From assembly GCA_963811165.1 (NCBI GenBank), contig CAWEQH010000008.1:224001-288000 (forward strand): DNA of 64,000 bases, written 5' to 3'. Below the pieces are notes generated by a model. That model was not told the DNA's origin. It saw nothing but the letters and a program-made list of their open reading frames with translations, and ran no database searches. Shown piece after piece: positions 29,245 to 38,900 of the stretch (the stretch's first letter is position 1; every line of letters starts with the position of its first letter). The translations under genes were made by a program, and so were the position numbers. The stretch comes from an uncultured Nitrospiraceae bacterium (lineage in GTDB: Bacteria > Nitrospirota > Thermodesulfovibrionia > Thermodesulfovibrionales > UBA6898).

Positions 29245-31233
29245 TCACTTAATCCTCGAACCTTCTTCGACATCTTTTTCGGGGACGAGGATTACCGGGA
29301 TTCCGTCTTGACCCGTTGCGGCCAGAAGCATGCCGTTTGACTCATTGCCCATCAGCTTTGCCGGCTGAAGATTCGTGACGACTACTATCTTTCTTCCGAC
29401 GAGGTCTTCGGGGGCGTAGGCCTTGCCTATGCCGGCTACGACCTGTCGTATCTCTCCGGTGTCCACCTGCAGTTTCAGGAGCTTTTCAGATTTTTTTACC
29501 CGCTCGGCGCTGACCACTCTGCCGATCTTCAGCTCCACCTTCGTGAAGTCGCTTATGGATATCACATTTTCAGCCAATTTTGTCTTTTCCGCAGGCACGT
29601 TTTTCGTCAAAGCCTTTTCTTCTTCCTCCCTTTTCTTCTCTATCCTCGGAAATAGCTGCTCCCCCTTTGAAACCCTGACCTCAAAATCAGGTCGCCACTC
29701 CCAGGTGAAAATGTCGGGGTACTTTCGGCCGGCAGACGCAGAACGGCTCCCGGATATCTCATCGGATATCGTCCTTCCAAAGCCTATCTGTTTCCATATC
29801 TTCTCGGCTGTTTCCGGCATGAACGGCGAAAGAAAAATTGCACCTAAGCGGAGGGCGTTCCAGAGACTGAACATGACAGTTTCGAGCCACTGTGGATTTG
29901 TCTTTAACAGCTTCCATGGCTCCTGCGAGGCAATAAAGTTGTTGGCAGCACCGATGATCTCCCAAATATGGTCAAGGATTACCGTAAAACGAAGATGAGA
30001 CCAATGGGTGAAATTATCATCATCGATAAGAGGCCCGATATTGGCAGCGCAAACACGGGCCAGATCATTAGTGGCCGTTGCATTTGTTTCAAAAGGCAGA
30101 GGAATTTTCCCGCCGTAATATTTCTCAGCCATGGTAAGGAACCGGGAAAGAAGATTCCCAAGATCATTGGCAAGATCGGTATTGATACGCCGTATTAATG
30201 CATCTTCGGAATAATCACCGTCATGGCCGAATGAAACCTCCCTGAAGAGGAAATATCTGAAGGCATCGGCTCCATATTTTTCTACGATTGCGTTTGGATC
30301 GACCACGTTGCCGAGAGATTTCGACATCTTCTTCCCCTCGATTGTCCACCAGCCGTGGGCAAAGATATTGCCCGGCAACGGCAGGTTCAAGGCCATCAGC
30401 ATTGTGGACCAATATACCGCATGCGTGGTGAGGATGTCTTTTCCGACAAGGTGATGATCGGCAGGCCACCAGAATTCGCCGAGTCGTGCCCTATCGGCGC
30501 CCGGGGCGAGATACCGCGTCGCCGAAAAATAGTTTACGAGCGCATCGAACCAGACGTAGGTGACGAAGTTCCCGTCGAAGGGGAGGGGAATGCCCCACGA
30601 AAGCCTGTTTTTGGGCCGAGAGATGCAGAGGTCGCCAAGGGTATTGTTTCTCAGAAACCCCAGGACCTCGTTCCTTCGGGTATCGGGCAGTATATAGCCG
30701 GGGTTTTTTCCTATATATTCAATCAGCCTTTCCTGATATTTAGACATGAGGAAAAAATAATTCTCCTCATGTATCTGTTCGACGGCGCGGCCGCAGTCCG
30801 GACATTTGCCGTCCATAAGGTCCTTCTCTGTCCAGAACCTTTCGTCAGGGGTGCAATACCAGCCGGCATATTCTCTTTTTTCGATCTCTCCCCTGTCCAG
30901 TAACATCTGAAGGAGCCCCTGCACGGTCTTGATATGAGCGTCATCGGTCGTGCGAATGAAACCGTCGTTCGTTATGTTCAGTCTCTTCCATAGATCTTCG
31001 AAATTACCGACCATAAGATCGGCGTGCTCTTTTGGGGAGCGACCTTTCTCCTTCGCCGCCTTTTCGACCTTCTGGCCGTGTTCATCGGTCCCGGTAAGGA
31101 AGAACACCTCGTTCCCCAAAAGCCGGTTGCGCCTGGCGAGGATATCGGCCGCCACCGTAGTATAGGCATGCCCTATGTGCGGGATGTCGTTGACATAATA
31201 GATTGGTGTGGTTACATAGAATTTCTTATTCAT
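29245..31233 (-). CDS. metG: Methionine--tRNA ligase with C-terminal tRNA-binding domain
   Basis: YVTTPIYY, HIGH, KMSKS and C-terminal OB fold; start at MNKKFY. Confidence 0.97.
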   Translation of the reverse strand: MNKKFYVTTPIYYVNDIPHIGHAYTTVAADILARRNRLLGNEVFFLTGTDEHGQKVEKAAKEKGRSPKEHADLMVGNFEDLWKRLNITNDGFIRTTDDAHIKTVQGLLQMLLDRGEIEKREYAGWYCTPDERFWTEKDLMDGKCPDCGRAVEQIHEENYFFLMSKYQERLIEYIGKNPGYILPDTRRNEVLGFLRNNTLGDLCISRPKNRLSWGIPLPFDGNFVTYVWFDALVNYFSATRYLAPGADRARLGEFWWPADHHLVGKDILTTHAVYWSTMLMALNLPLPGNIFAHGWWTIEGKKMSKSLGNVVDPNAIVEKYGADAFRYFLFREVSFGHDGDYSEDALIRRINTDLANDLGNLLSRFLTMAEKYYGGKIPLPFETNATATNDLARVCAANIGPLIDDDNFTHWSHLRFTVILDHIWEIIGAANNFIASQEPWKLLKTNPQWLETVMFSLWNALRLGAIFLSPFMPETAEKIWKQIGFGRTISDEISGSRSASAGRKYPDIFTWEWRPDFEVRVSKGEQLFPRIEKKREEEEKALTKNVPAEKTKLAENVISISDFTKVELKIGRVVSAERVKKSEKLLKLQVDTGEIRQVVAGIGKAYAPEDLVGRKIVVVTNLQPAKLMGNESNGMLLAATGQDGIPVILVPEKDVEEGSRIK

Positions 31234-32095
31234 TTTTGTCGGTTTTTTTCCTGTATCTCCTTCTTCTCTTACGCTTTTTGAACCCCTCGCTTTTTTTCTT
31301 CTCATCCTGTGTTTCCGGCTGAGAAGGGGTATCGCCCGAAGGCTGTACATCAGAGCAGCAGGGAATCTCAGGGCCGATCAGGGAATCCGAAGCGGAATCG
31401 GACGCCACTTCCTCTTCCTTTAGGGGGATGGCTTTCTCGTTGGACCGCACGGTATTTCCTGCTCCTCCTTCGTTATACTCGTATCCAAGACAGCACATCA
31501 GCCTCCCGCAGATGCCGGAGAGTTTACCGGTATTCAGAACAAGTTCCTGCTGCTTTGCCATCTTTATCGAAATGGGCTCAAAGGAGGTGAGGAACAGCTT
31601 GCAGCAGAGTTCCTTCCCGCAGAGGCCGAGCCCCCCTACCATTTTTGCCTTGTCGCGTACGCCTATCTGGCGCATTTCGATCCGCGTCTTGAACTTTGCG
31701 GCAAGGTCTTTGACCAGCTCCCTAAAATCTATTCTGCCGTCGGCGGTGAAATAAAAAACGATCCTCTTCCTATCAAGCGTCACCTCAGAACAGACCAGTT
31801 TCATAGGCAGGCCCCTTGCCATGATCCTCTCCAGACAGAAACTTTTTGCCTCCCGCTGGAAATTCTCATTGTCCTGCTTCTGTATTAGGTCCTCTTCGGT
31901 TGCGACGCGCAGCACCTTTTTCAGGTCTTTTTGAGGATTTTCAAGGGAACTCGGACCGGTGATGACCTGGCCAATGCTCAGCCCGAATTCCGACTCCACG
32001 ATCACGCGGTCTCCCTTGGCGACTTCAAGTCCGTTAACCTCGAAATCATATATCTTCCCGCAACTTTTGAACCTTATTCCGATTACATTGGACAT
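31226..32095 (-). CDS. PSP1 domain / YaaT (RicT)-like protein
   Basis: RIDFRELVKDLA, RIEMRQIG, CGKELCC and SGICGRLMCCL motifs. Confidence 0.9.
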   Translation of the reverse strand: MSNVIGIRFKSCGKIYDFEVNGLEVAKGDRVIVESEFGLSIGQVITGPSSLENPQKDLKKVLRVATEEDLIQKQDNENFQREAKSFCLERIMARGLPMKLVCSEVTLDRKRIVFYFTADGRIDFRELVKDLAAKFKTRIEMRQIGVRDKAKMVGGLGLCGKELCCKLFLTSFEPISIKMAKQQELVLNTGKLSGICGRLMCCLGYEYNEGGAGNTVRSNEKAIPLKEEEVASDSASDSLIGPEIPCCSDVQPSGDTPSQPETQDEKKKSEGFKKRKRRRRYRKKTDKNE

Positions 32096-32096
32096 T

Positions 32097-33077
32097 CTAC
32101 AATACAAGCACCTTTCTCAAAAGCGAAGCTGTGTAATTCCATGTTATGGATTTATTGAGGTTGAACTGTAACAGCCTTCTCATACGGCTCAACTCCTGAT
32201 GAATATATATTATAACTTTTACGTCAACGGATTTGCTCAAGCCGCTGAGATACCCTTCAAGGTCGACATTGACCAGATGCGCCGGGTCGTTCGTCAGTTT
32301 GAGTACGGTCATGTCCCTGAAGAAGACCAGCACATGGTCGAACCATCGTTCCATATCGTCTCGTGACGACCAACCGTCTTTTTCAGCAAGCAGCATCCCC
32401 CTGAAAAGGTTCAGAAACCATGTCCTTTCTTCCGCGAGATCAGAGGACAATGCAATTCCCGGGCGTCCCATCGATAGTCTGGCGGCCAGGGAAAGTTTTT
32501 CAGCATCGTTCTCTTTTCCTGCAAGTACCCGTATGCAGGATTCAGTCGGAAGGGACGAAAAATTGATCCGGGAGCAGCGCGACCGTATGGTCGCCGGGAG
32601 AAGATCGGCCTTGGAAGTGACGAGGACGATGACACTGTCTTCCGGCGGTTCCTCGAGCGTTTTTAAAAAAGCGTTTGCGGCCGAGATATTCATTGTCTCG
32701 GCATCGTCGACGATGACTGTTTTTTTTCTTCCCTCAAAAGGTTTATAAGAGAGCGCATCGTCTATCATGCGGATCTCATCTATCCTTATCAGCCTTTCTT
32801 CCGGGGACACGAGGAGAAAATCCGGATGGACCCCCGCCCCGATTTTTGTACATGATTCGCACTCGTCGCAGGCATCGACGGGACCGTCCTCCGAAAACTG
32901 CGGCCCTGGTCTCGGGCTCAGGCAGTTTACTGCTTTCGCGAAGGCGATCGCGACGGTTTTCTTGCCCACTCCCGCTTCTCCACAAAAAAGGTAGGAAGAC
33001 GCGACCTTCTGTCTCTTGAGTATGCCCAAAAGCATCCGGACCGCCTTTTCCTGGCCGATGATGTCTCTAAGCGACAC
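32097..33077 (-). CDS. holB: DNA polymerase III delta' subunit
   Basis: GEAGVGK, CDECESC, HPDF, AANAFLKTLEEP and TIRSRC motifs. Confidence 0.92.
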   Translation of the reverse strand: MSLRDIIGQEKAVRMLLGILKRQKVASSYLFCGEAGVGKKTVAIAFAKAVNCLSPRPGPQFSEDGPVDACDECESCTKIGAGVHPDFLLVSPEERLIRIDEIRMIDDALSYKPFEGRKKTVIVDDAETMNISAANAFLKTLEEPPEDSVIVLVTSKADLLPATIRSRCSRINFSSLPTESCIRVLAGKENDAEKLSLAARLSMGRPGIALSSDLAEERTWFLNLFRGMLLAEKDGWSSRDDMERWFDHVLVFFRDMTVLKLTNDPAHLVNVDLEGYLSGLSKSVDVKVIIYIHQELSRMRRLLQFNLNKSITWNYTASLLRKVLVL

Positions 33078-33113
33078 GGCTACTGCATCCCTCGTGTATT
33101 TCTCCCTCGCGGC

Positions 33114-33746
33114 TCATTTTCGAGATGTATCCAGAAAAGTATCCACAATGCCGATAACTTTTCCTTGCACCGCTTCTACCGTGTCCGAGCAGCCGAGCAG
33201 TTTTACCCGCTCCTTTTCTTTTGCGGCGATACTTATGAACCCCTTCCTGACTCTTTCATGAAAAGAGACGTCCTCACGTTCGAGCCGATCATTTTTCTGT
33301 ATCTTACGGTTTCTCATGAGTCCGGTTTCTACGTCCATATCCAGAAGTACCGTGAGGCGTGGCCTCAATCTGCCGGTGGCAAGGACATCGAGGGAGTCGA
33401 TAAGCTTCAGATCGAGACCCCTTCCGTATCCCTGATAGGCCATTGTCGAATCGCTGAACCTGTCGGTAACCACCACGTCTCCCCTGAGCAGTGCGGGCAT
33501 GATAATCTCCTTTATATGCTGGACCCGGGCGGCGTTATAGAGCAGCAACTCCGTAAGATGGTCCATATCCGTGCTCTCGGGTGAAAGCAGGAGCTCCCTT
33601 ATCTTGAGGCTTATCCTGGTGCCCCCGGGCTCAGCCGTCTGCGTGACCCTGAAGCCCTTTCCCCTCAGGTATTGCGCAAGCAGCGAAGCCTGTGTGGATT
33701 TGCCGGTGCCCTCAATGCCTTCGAAAGATATGAAGATGCCTTTCAT
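33114..33746 (-). CDS. tmk: Thymidylate kinase
   Basis: FEGIEGTGKSTQ, EPGGT and DRFSDSTMAYQG motifs. Confidence 0.95.
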   Translation of the reverse strand: MKGIFISFEGIEGTGKSTQASLLAQYLRGKGFRVTQTAEPGGTRISLKIRELLLSPESTDMDHLTELLLYNAARVQHIKEIIMPALLRGDVVVTDRFSDSTMAYQGYGRGLDLKLIDSLDVLATGRLRPRLTVLLDMDVETGLMRNRKIQKNDRLEREDVSFHERVRKGFISIAAKEKERVKLLGCSDTVEAVQGKVIGIVDTFLDTSRK

Positions 33747-34747
33747 GTAAGTGCCTCTTTCAGCCTCATCAGGACCTGAAAGACCTTGAGTGTTTCTTCA
33801 ACGGTCCTAGATCCGGTGCCGCACGAAGGGGTGATGATTATGTTCGAGAGAAGGACCTTCTCCGGAACATGTCCGGAGAGCTTTTCGATCCCCTCTAAAA
33901 ACCGTTTCGTCACTGACTCCGGAGTCTCAACGGTTATCGCATCCGATGTGGGGACGATCCCCCATGCAAGGCGGCCGCCCCGGTCGAGAAAGTCCCCGAA
34001 CTCATCCGGATAAAGGGCGATCGTATCGACATAATCGTATGCGTCGAAGTTGATGATGTCCGCCCCGCACCGGATCACTAGCGGCCAGTTTGCATTGCCG
34101 CAGCAGTGAATGCCGGGGATGCCGCCTTCAGAACGTATAACTTCCGCCACCTCACTTATGAGCCTCACACTTTCCTCTTCACTTACGCCGAGGTAAGCCG
34201 AACTGCCGAGTGCAGAGAGGATCGGCTCGTCGATGAACACGATCACCTTTGCCGCATGTGCGCTCAATGTCGCGATTTGCCACCTCGTTTTTGCCTTCAG
34301 AAGCATCAGGGAAATCTCACGCAGCTCTTCGTCGAAATATATCGGTTTCCCCCCGGCGTCTTTCAGCCCGAGGGTGAACGTAAGAGGGCCCGTAACATGG
34401 CCTTTCAGAAGATCGAACTTCCTATCTCTTATGACGTGCATGAAGGTATGAAGGCCCTTTGCGTAGTCTTCGGACATCGCTATCCTGCTTCTGTCATTCC
34501 AGCCTTCATAGAACCTCTCCAGCTCATCCGACCCGCTTTTTTCGATCCAGGCCGTCTGCTTCTCCGTGTCGATCCTGAAAAAAGGCATCCCCTCGGCATA
34601 CTGGGGGATCATGAATTCTCTGAAGGATATTCGCGGGAGCTGGGGCCAGAAGGGGATGTCGAAGGTGTTCAGAATGAGCCTGCATGCATCCTCGGCGTTT
34701 ACGTGGGGCAGGCTGCCTATCCCTGTCGTGGAAAAAGGTTTGATCAT
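33743..34747 (-). CDS. Core (MetE C-terminal-like) methionine synthase, MesB-like
   Basis: TGIGSLP, WPQLP, KGHVTGPLT, FIDEP, GIHCCG, NFDAY, WGIVPT and TPSCG motifs; single barrel, 334 aa. Confidence 0.7.
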   Translation of the reverse strand: MIKPFSTTGIGSLPHVNAEDACRLILNTFDIPFWPQLPRISFREFMIPQYAEGMPFFRIDTEKQTAWIEKSGSDELERFYEGWNDRSRIAMSEDYAKGLHTFMHVIRDRKFDLLKGHVTGPLTFTLGLKDAGGKPIYFDEELREISLMLLKAKTRWQIATLSAHAAKVIVFIDEPILSALGSSAYLGVSEEESVRLISEVAEVIRSEGGIPGIHCCGNANWPLVIRCGADIINFDAYDYVDTIALYPDEFGDFLDRGGRLAWGIVPTSDAITVETPESVTKRFLEGIEKLSGHVPEKVLLSNIIITPSCGTGSRTVEETLKVFQVLMRLKEALT

Positions 34748-34833
34748 CTATGAATGATACCTTATCGGGCCGCGTTGTTTCAAAGATTTTTGGGACGCTC
34801 TGAAGGGTATCAAAATTGAAATACATTGTCCTG

Positions 34834-34907
34834 AAATCTCCCTTACCCCTCTTTGCCGAAGAGGGGAATTATACCTCCCTTTGGCAAAGGGAGGTTAGGA
34901 GGGATTT
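34834..34907. repeat. Inverted doublet of short palindromic repeats (REP/REPIN-like)
   Basis: Hairpins CCCCTCTTT-GCC-GAAGAGGGG (34846-34866) and ACCTCCCTTT-GGC-AAAGGGAGGT (34873-34895), flanked by AAATCTCCCTTA / TAGGAGGGATTT. Confidence 0.7.
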
Positions 34908-34982
34908 TATCACTTAATGATGTCCTTATTCTGAGACAGTCAATAGGTAGCGCTCCGGCCCATAGTATATAATAAGAAACCA

Positions 34983-35732
34983 ATGACACGATTTATTTTT
35001 CTTCTTTTTATATTGCTTCCGGTAATGGCCTCAGCAGCCATGGCGGACGAAGAAATTGCGGCCCTGCAGCGGCAGACCGCTGAGCTGCCCGTAGGGGAGC
35101 GTATAGCGTTTTGGGCAGAGCAGTTTGTCGGAACGCCTTACGACACGGACCCGCTCGGCGAATATGTAAGGAAAAGTGTGATCGTTGAGGATGAAAGAGT
35201 GGATTGCATGTATCTGACTTTCAGGGCCGTAGAACTTGCAGTGGGGAAGGACCCCGATGATTCCTTGCGCATTGCTCTGGACATTCGGTTCCTTCACCAG
35301 GGGAAGGTCCAGGGCGGGAAGATCGTCAACTATGAGGACAGGTTTCAATACGGCGAGGATATGATCGAAAGCGGTAAGTGGGGGAAGGAGATAACGTCGA
35401 CATTGGGAGAGACGCTCGTTATTCCTGGACTATCAGGAAAGGATATAGCTTTCATACCCTCGTGCGATGTCTTTAGGACTTTCGGCAGTCTCAGAAGCGG
35501 CGATATCGTTTTTTTTGTGAACTTCCCGGATAAGATCGCTTCGGGAACAGTTGTCGGTCATATCGGGATCATCAAAAAGGAGGCGGACACGATATATCTG
35601 CTCCATGCCAGCGGAAGAAAAGAGATGGGCGGCATCGTGAAAAAAGCCTTCTTTAGGGATTACCTTTCGAAAATGCCGTTTGCGGGGATAAGAGTAAGCC
35701 GTTTCCCTGCGGACGTGCGAATGTCCGAATAG
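34983..35732 (+). CDS. Secreted DUF1460/AmiA-like (NlpC/P60-fold) amidase
   Basis: Signal peptide; FVGTPY, VDCMY, GDIVFF, GHIGII and LLHAS motifs. Confidence 0.7.
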   Translation: MTRFIFLLFILLPVMASAAMADEEIAALQRQTAELPVGERIAFWAEQFVGTPYDTDPLGEYVRKSVIVEDERVDCMYLTFRAVELAVGKDPDDSLRIALDIRFLHQGKVQGGKIVNYEDRFQYGEDMIESGKWGKEITSTLGETLVIPGLSGKDIAFIPSCDVFRTFGSLRSGDIVFFVNFPDKIASGTVVGHIGIIKKEADTIYLLHASGRKEMGGIVKKAFFRDYLSKMPFAGIRVSRFPADVRMSE

Positions 35733-35785
35733 AGCTTATCCTGAAATAATGAAATAAAGTATGAAAGCGACAAGATGTCCAACCT

Positions 35786-35884
35786 TTATTTATTCCGTCT
35801 TCTTTGATGTTTGGTTTTCCTGAGCAGTTTTTTATGTTTATGCTTGCTCATCTTTTTCTTACGCCATTTTACAACGCTCCCCAC
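35786..35884 (-). CDS. Small basic ribosomal protein bS22 (AURKAIP1/COX24 family)
   Basis: Hand translation from GTG: MGSVVKWRKKKMSKHKHKKLLRKTKHQRRRNK*, with AGGAGGT RBS at 35891-35897. Below the ORF-track cutoff. Confidence 0.88.
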   Translation of the reverse strand: MGSVVKWRKKKMSKHKHKKLLRKTKHQRRRNK

Positions 35885-35963
35885 AGACTCACCTCCTTTT
35901 CTTAAATTAATAGTTAGCAGTAAACGGTAAGCAGAAGAATAACAAGATCCGACAATATTCTCT

Positions 35964-38900
35964 TCACCGCTGTTGCTTGCTTTTATATTCTCTGGCCTGG
36001 TCCATAAAAGCTTCCAGCTGGATTTCAGTGGTCAGAGACTCCGTGCCGTCATAGGGTATGCTGAGACACGGAACGCCAAAGTCCGTGCTGAGACCACGCA
36101 TCAACCCGCTGACGATCGTACCCGGCATGCAGCCGAAGGGCATCGCATTGACAAGTCCGGAGGCCCCTCTTCCTATTAAGTCGATGCTCTTTCCTATGCT
36201 GAGGATTGCCTCCCCCTCGAAGGAGGAGTGGAGGTAAGGACCCGCTTTCGCCAGTATCTCTTTCGTATCCGGTTCGTCGGGGTTCGTAAGAAACCCGCGA
36301 AATGCCTTCCTAATCCGTGCTCGATCCTCTTTTGAAAGAACCTCTTCAACAGAAGACTAATAATACCAGACCAGTCTTTTTTTATCAAGACTCTCCGAAG
36401 ACCCATATAGTTGACATACGATATCCACTCATCAACGGGTGCGAGATAGGCTTCGCCGCCCATGGCTTCGATTTTCCTGACCAGGTCTTCATTAGAGAAC
36501 CTGTTGGACCGCACGAATATTTCCCCGACGATCCCAATCAGCGGTTTTTTCTCCCCGGTCCTCCCGATGTGTTCGAAGTCCGCCCTTGCATTTCCAAGGA
36601 GCGTCCCGATATCGCCGTCGGCGCCTCTAATGGATTGGCAAGCACGCCTCAGATAGTCTCTGTATAACGCGTCGGCGGAGCCGCCGACGATTTCATACGG
36701 ACGTGTTTCATGCAGGCATTTGTGAAGCATCTCCAGTGCGACAATGCCCTTCCAGGACCTCATCGCAAAATTGCTGCCGACAACGCCGAGATGTTCGTAG
36801 AAGTTTTCATCCTGGTTCGGCGAGAAGACTGGAACATCTTCATATCCGAGTTCTCTTATCACCAGCCTGTGGAATATATTGTACTGTCCGAATCTGCAGG
36901 GGCCGGAGCCCGAGGGCATGAAGAAGGCTGACCTGTCAGGGACAAAGCCCGGCTCCAATATCTTTTTTACCATATCGCCCGTAGTCACCGCGCAGGGATA
37001 GCATTCTTTGCCCGAAACGAATTTCTTGCCGAGGTCCACCGCATCTTTCGAAGATTCATCGAGGACCACCGCATCCACCCCACAGTACTCGAAAGCCGCG
37101 GCGAGGGCCAAGGCATGGTCGGACATCCGGGGGATATAAATCGTCCGTTTTGCATGGCGGGTGACCGATGAGCGGGTTCAAGGGCATTCTTTTTTCGTCT
37201 GTTTCCCGGCTTGTTCGCGCCCGGGCTGGATCTTGATTCTCGATGCTGTCGAGGAACGCCTCGCACCTGGTGATAGCCCCTGCATCGGCGCTGTGGGCAT
37301 CTATCTCGAGATGAAGATAGGGTTTGCCGGACATCTCTTCCTCAAAGAACTTGATGATGAAGGAGTCGGGGCCGCATGAAAAGTTACCGATATAGACCGC
37401 ATGAAGAAGGGGGTTGGCCCTGACGATTCTGGCAGCGCCAATATCCTCTGGCCGGCCCTCCAATACATATTGGGCCAATCCTGATCGATATCGGAAAAGG
37501 TTCGATAGGCAGGAAATCCATAGGGATCGAGAGGACGCCAAGGTCTGCAAGCTTCCTTGGGATATTGAGGTTCATGCCTGTGTCAAAGGAGTTGTAGGCC
37601 CTACCCGTAATAACGACTGCCCTTTCCTTTAAGGACGAAAGGATTTTTTCCCCCTCGTTCCTGATCTGCATCAGAAATTCTTCCTGCGCCGCCCGCGCGG
37701 CGGCCAGCCCTTTCGATACCCGGGATGAGCTGATCTTAAACGGTTTGAAGACCCTCTGAAGTTCTTTTTTAAGGTAAGCGGCCCCTCTGGACATGTCGAC
37801 TACAGGAGTAAGAAACTCCGCGCCTTTGAAGGCGACCCTGGCCGAATACGGTATCGTCTGGGTGTAAGGACAGGCAAATCCCCTTTCGAAGGCATCACCC
37901 GGTGAGTTAAGATTTACGAAGCTCGGTATGAATATCGTCTCCACCCCGCGATCAAGAAGGTACTTAATATGCCCGTGAGCAGTTTTTATCGGGAAACATG
38001 TCTCGGAAAGTACGCTCTCAAGGCCGAGGTCGACGATATTTCGGTCGGTTTTGCCGGACACCTCCACTTCGAATCCGAGTTCCCATAGGAGCGTCGTCCA
38101 GAAGGGGAGGTAATCATGAAAGTAAAAAACATAAGGGATACCTATTTTTGGGCGTGAATGGGTGCTCTTTTGTGATTGCGGCAAGGGCGAGGCCATCTCG
38201 CTCATGTCGGCCTGCCTATTTAGGTGTGCTCTCCAGAGTAATTCGTCCCTCAGGGCAAAGAGATCCGGAGGGGCGTTTTCTTTCCGGCCCTTTCTCACGT
38301 CATACTTTTCGCACCTGCCGCCGTAAAAGAGATGGCCTCTTTCCCCCTCGACTTTTACCCTGTTGATTTCACATACGTTAGGGCACCCTTTGCACTCGAA
38401 GGAAGATATCTCATAGTGCCTTTTTGACAAACCAAAACCCTTGAATTTGGTTCCGGATTCCTGTAGGGGCGGGGTGACCCCGCCCCTGCCGCTGTTCATA
38501 TGCTTCATCGCGATCAGCGCCATGCCTATAGCGCCTGTTACGTCATGGTTTGGGGGAACGGTGATCTCTCTGTCTAGGTATTTCTCGAAGGCGGCGACCA
38601 CCGACTTATTGAATGCCACTCCGCCCTGGAAAAAAATCTTCCGCCCTATCGGACGTTTGCCCACAACGCGGTTGATATAATTCTGCACGATCGAATAAGA
38701 GAGTCCTGCAAGGAGGTCTTCCCTTTCCGCTCCGCGCTGCAGGTTGGTCATCAGGGAATTCTCCATAAAGACTGTGCAGCGCTCCCCAAGTCTGCAAGGA
38801 TTCAACGCCTTCAGCGCAAGCCGTTCGAACTCATTTTTAATCGGGATGCTCGAGTTTTTCCGCCTGTTCCTCAAGGAAAGAGCCTGTGCCTGCTGCGCAC

